Below are positions 61,263 to 64,000 of a stretch of DNA of 64,000 nucleotides, one piece after another. A program made the translations under genes and the position numbers. The stretch lies in assembly GCF_009914755.1 (NCBI RefSeq), contig NC_060931.1. One strand, written 5' to 3'. The DNA is from the human T2T-CHM13v2.0 reference genome, Homo sapiens. Position 1 is the first letter of the stretch. Each line of letters starts with the position of its first letter. The notes under the pieces are model-generated. The model saw only the letters and a list, made by a program, of their open reading frames with translations. It was not told where the DNA came from and ran no database searches.

Positions 61263-61485
61263 TGTGTTTTCTGATGTTTTAATGTGAGCTTTTAATTATT
61301 TATGTATGTTTGTATGTTTGTTTAAACCCTCAGAAATTCTCAAGGCAAATTAGGAATGCTTTCTTGAAGAAACGACTTGCATTTACTTCTGTCAGGAACC
61401 AAAAGAATATTGCCAATTTGGGAACATTCTGGCTCTCTTCCAGGGCAATGGCTTGCTGTGGGTGTCTCACTTTAGCTCTTCTTCC

Positions 61486-64000
61486 TTTTTTTAAAAAAAA
61501 AATCTCTTTTATTTTTATTTCAATAGGTTTTTGGAGAACAGGTGGTGTTTGGTTACATGAATAAGTTCTTTAATGGTGATTTCTGAGATTTTGGTGTACC
61601 CATCACCCAAGCAGTATACACTGTACCCAATGTGTAGTCTTTTATCCCTTCCCACCCTACACCCATTCGCCCATCCCCAAAGTCCAATGTATCATTCTTA
61701 TGCCTTTGCATCCTCATAGCTTAGCTCCCACATGAGTGAGAACACGCAATCTTTGGTTTTCCAGTCCTGAGTTACTTCACTTAGAATAATAGTCTCCAAT
61801 TTCATCCAAGTTGCTGCGAATGATGTTACTTCATTCCTTTTTATGGCTGAGTAGTATTCCATCATACATATATACCACAGTTTCTTTATCCACTTGTTTG
61901 ATGGGCATTTGGGCTGGTTCCATATTTTGCAATTGCAAATTGTGCTGCTATAAATGTGTACGTGCAAGTGTATTTTTCATATAGTAACTTCTTTTCTGTG
62001 GGTAGTAACTAGTAGTGGGATAGCTGGAGCACATGGTAGATCTACTTTTAGCACTTTAAGGACCCTCCACACTGTTTTCCATAGTGGCTGTACTAGTTTG
62101 CATTCCTACTAATAATGTAAAAGTGTTCCTTTATCATCACATCCACATCAACATCTTTTTTTTTATATTTTTTTGATGATGGCCATTCTTGCAGGAGTGA
62201 CGTGGTATCGCACTGTGGTTTTGATTTTTGTTTCCCTGGTAATTAGTGATATTGAGCATTTTTCCATATTCTTGTTGGCCATTTGTATATCTTCTTTTGA
62301 AAATTGTCTATCAATGTCCTTGGCCCATGTTTTCAGGGGATTGTTTGTTTTCTTCTTGCTGATTTGTTTGAGGTCTTTCTAGACTCTGGATATTAGTGTT
62401 TATATAGAGAGAGAGAGACTGTGAAGATTTTCTCCCACTCTGTGGGTTTTCTGTTAACTCTGCTGATTATTTCTTTGGCTGTGCGGAAGCTTTTTAACTT
62501 AATTAAGTCTCATCTATCTTTGTGTTGCATTTGCTTTTGGGTTCTTAGTAATGAAGTCTTTGCCTAAGCCAATGTCTTGGAAGGGTTTTTCTGGCATTAT
62601 CTTCTAGAATCTTCATGGTTTCAGGTCTTAGATTTAAGTATTTGATTTATTTTGAGTTGATTTTTATATAAGGTGAGAGATGAGGATCCAGTTTCATTCT
62701 TCTATATGTGGCTTGCCAATTATCCCAGTACCATTTGATGAGTAGGGTGTCTTTTTCCCACTTTATGTTTTGTTTGCTTTGTGGAAGATCAGTTGGCTGT
62801 ACGTATTTGGCTTTATTTCTGGGTTCTCTATTCTGTTCCATTGGTCTATGTGGGTATTTTTATACCAATATCAAGCTGTTTTGATGACTCTGGCCTTATA
62901 GTTTGATGTGGGGTAATGTGATGTTTCCAGATTTGTTCTTTTTGCTTAGTCCTTCTTTGGCTATGTGGGCTCTTTTGTGGTTCCATATAAATTTTAGGAT
63001 TTTTTAAATAGTTCTGTGAACATTGATGGTGGTGTTTTGATGGGAATTGCATTTAATTTGTAGATTGCTTTTGGCAGCATGGTCATTTTCACAATATTGA
63101 TTCTACCCTTCCATGATCATGAACTGTGTTTCCATTCGTTTGTGTTGTCTATGACTTCCTTCAGCAGTGTTTTGTAGTTTTCCTTGTAGAGGTCTTTCAC
63201 GGCCATGGTTAGGTATACTCCTAAGTATTTTATTTTTTTTATTTTATTTTTTGCAGCTATTATGAAAGGGGTTAAGTTTTAATTTGATTCTCAGCTTGGT
63301 CACTGTGTTGTGTAGCAGAGCTACTGATTTGTGTACATTATGTTTGTATCCTGAAACCTTGCTGAATTTATTTACCAGTTCCAGCAGCTTATTGGGGAAT
63401 TCTTTAGGGCTTTCTAGGTGTATGATTATATCGGCAAACAGCAACTGTTTGACTTCCTCTTTACTAATTTAGATGTCCCTTATTTCTTTCTCTTTTCTGA
63501 TTGATCTGGTTAGGACCTCCAGTACTATGCTGAATAGAAGTGGTAAAAGTGGGCATATTTGTTCTTCTCCAGTTCTCAGGGGAAATGCTTTCAACTATTC
63601 CCCATTCAGTACAATGTTGGCTCTGGGTTTGTCGTAGATGGATTTTATAACCTTAAGGTATGTCCCTTCTGTACGGATTTTGCTGAGGGTTTTAACATAA
63701 AGGGATGCTGGATTTTGTCAAATGCTTTTTCTGCATCTATTGAGATGACCATGTGATTTTTGTTTTTAATTCTGTTTGTGTGGCGTACCACATTTATTGA
63801 CTTGCGTACATTAAAACATCCCTGCATCCCTGGTATGAAACCCACTTGATCGTGGTGGGAATATCTTTTGGATATGCTGTTGGATTCGATTCACTAGTAT
63901 TTTGTTGAGGATTTTTTGCATCTATGTTCATCAGGGATATTGGTCTGTAGTTTTCTTTTTTTGTTATGTCCTTCCCTGTTTTTGATATTAGGGTGATACT
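61486..64000 (-). mobile_element. L1PB-like element (3'UTR and ORF2 RT to C-terminus), running off the window edge
   Basis: [39 protein letters not shown] and WNQPKCPS peptides; L1PB-type 3'UTR TTTCAATAGGTTTTTGG.GAACAGGTGGTGTTTGGTTAC. Confidence 0.95.

Overview
Primate genomic DNA (human-like, judged from AluJ/AluS and L1PA/L1PB elements). It is AT-rich and CpG-poor, has no CpG island, and reads as deep intron or gene desert. I find no credible cellular protein-coding exon, tRNA, rRNA or snRNA gene. The track ORFs I can assign are fragments of L1 ORF2, Alu or LTR sequence, and the rest look like chance ORFs. A large share of the window is recognisable transposon debris: L1s of several ages, nine Alus and a FLAM, ERV/MaLR LTRs, hAT DNA elements, L2, L3 and MIR. 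Subfamily names come from remembered consensus sequences, and boundaries of old elements are approximate. I do not see a supportable novel biological system. The best leads are: a twin-primed inverted L1 that appears to split a MER21 LTR; an unexplained 39-bp direct repeat 599 bp apart; a decayed hAT transposase C-terminus; an E-box/AP-1 cluster; candidate CTCF and splice signals in unique DNA; and template-switch micro-palindromes.
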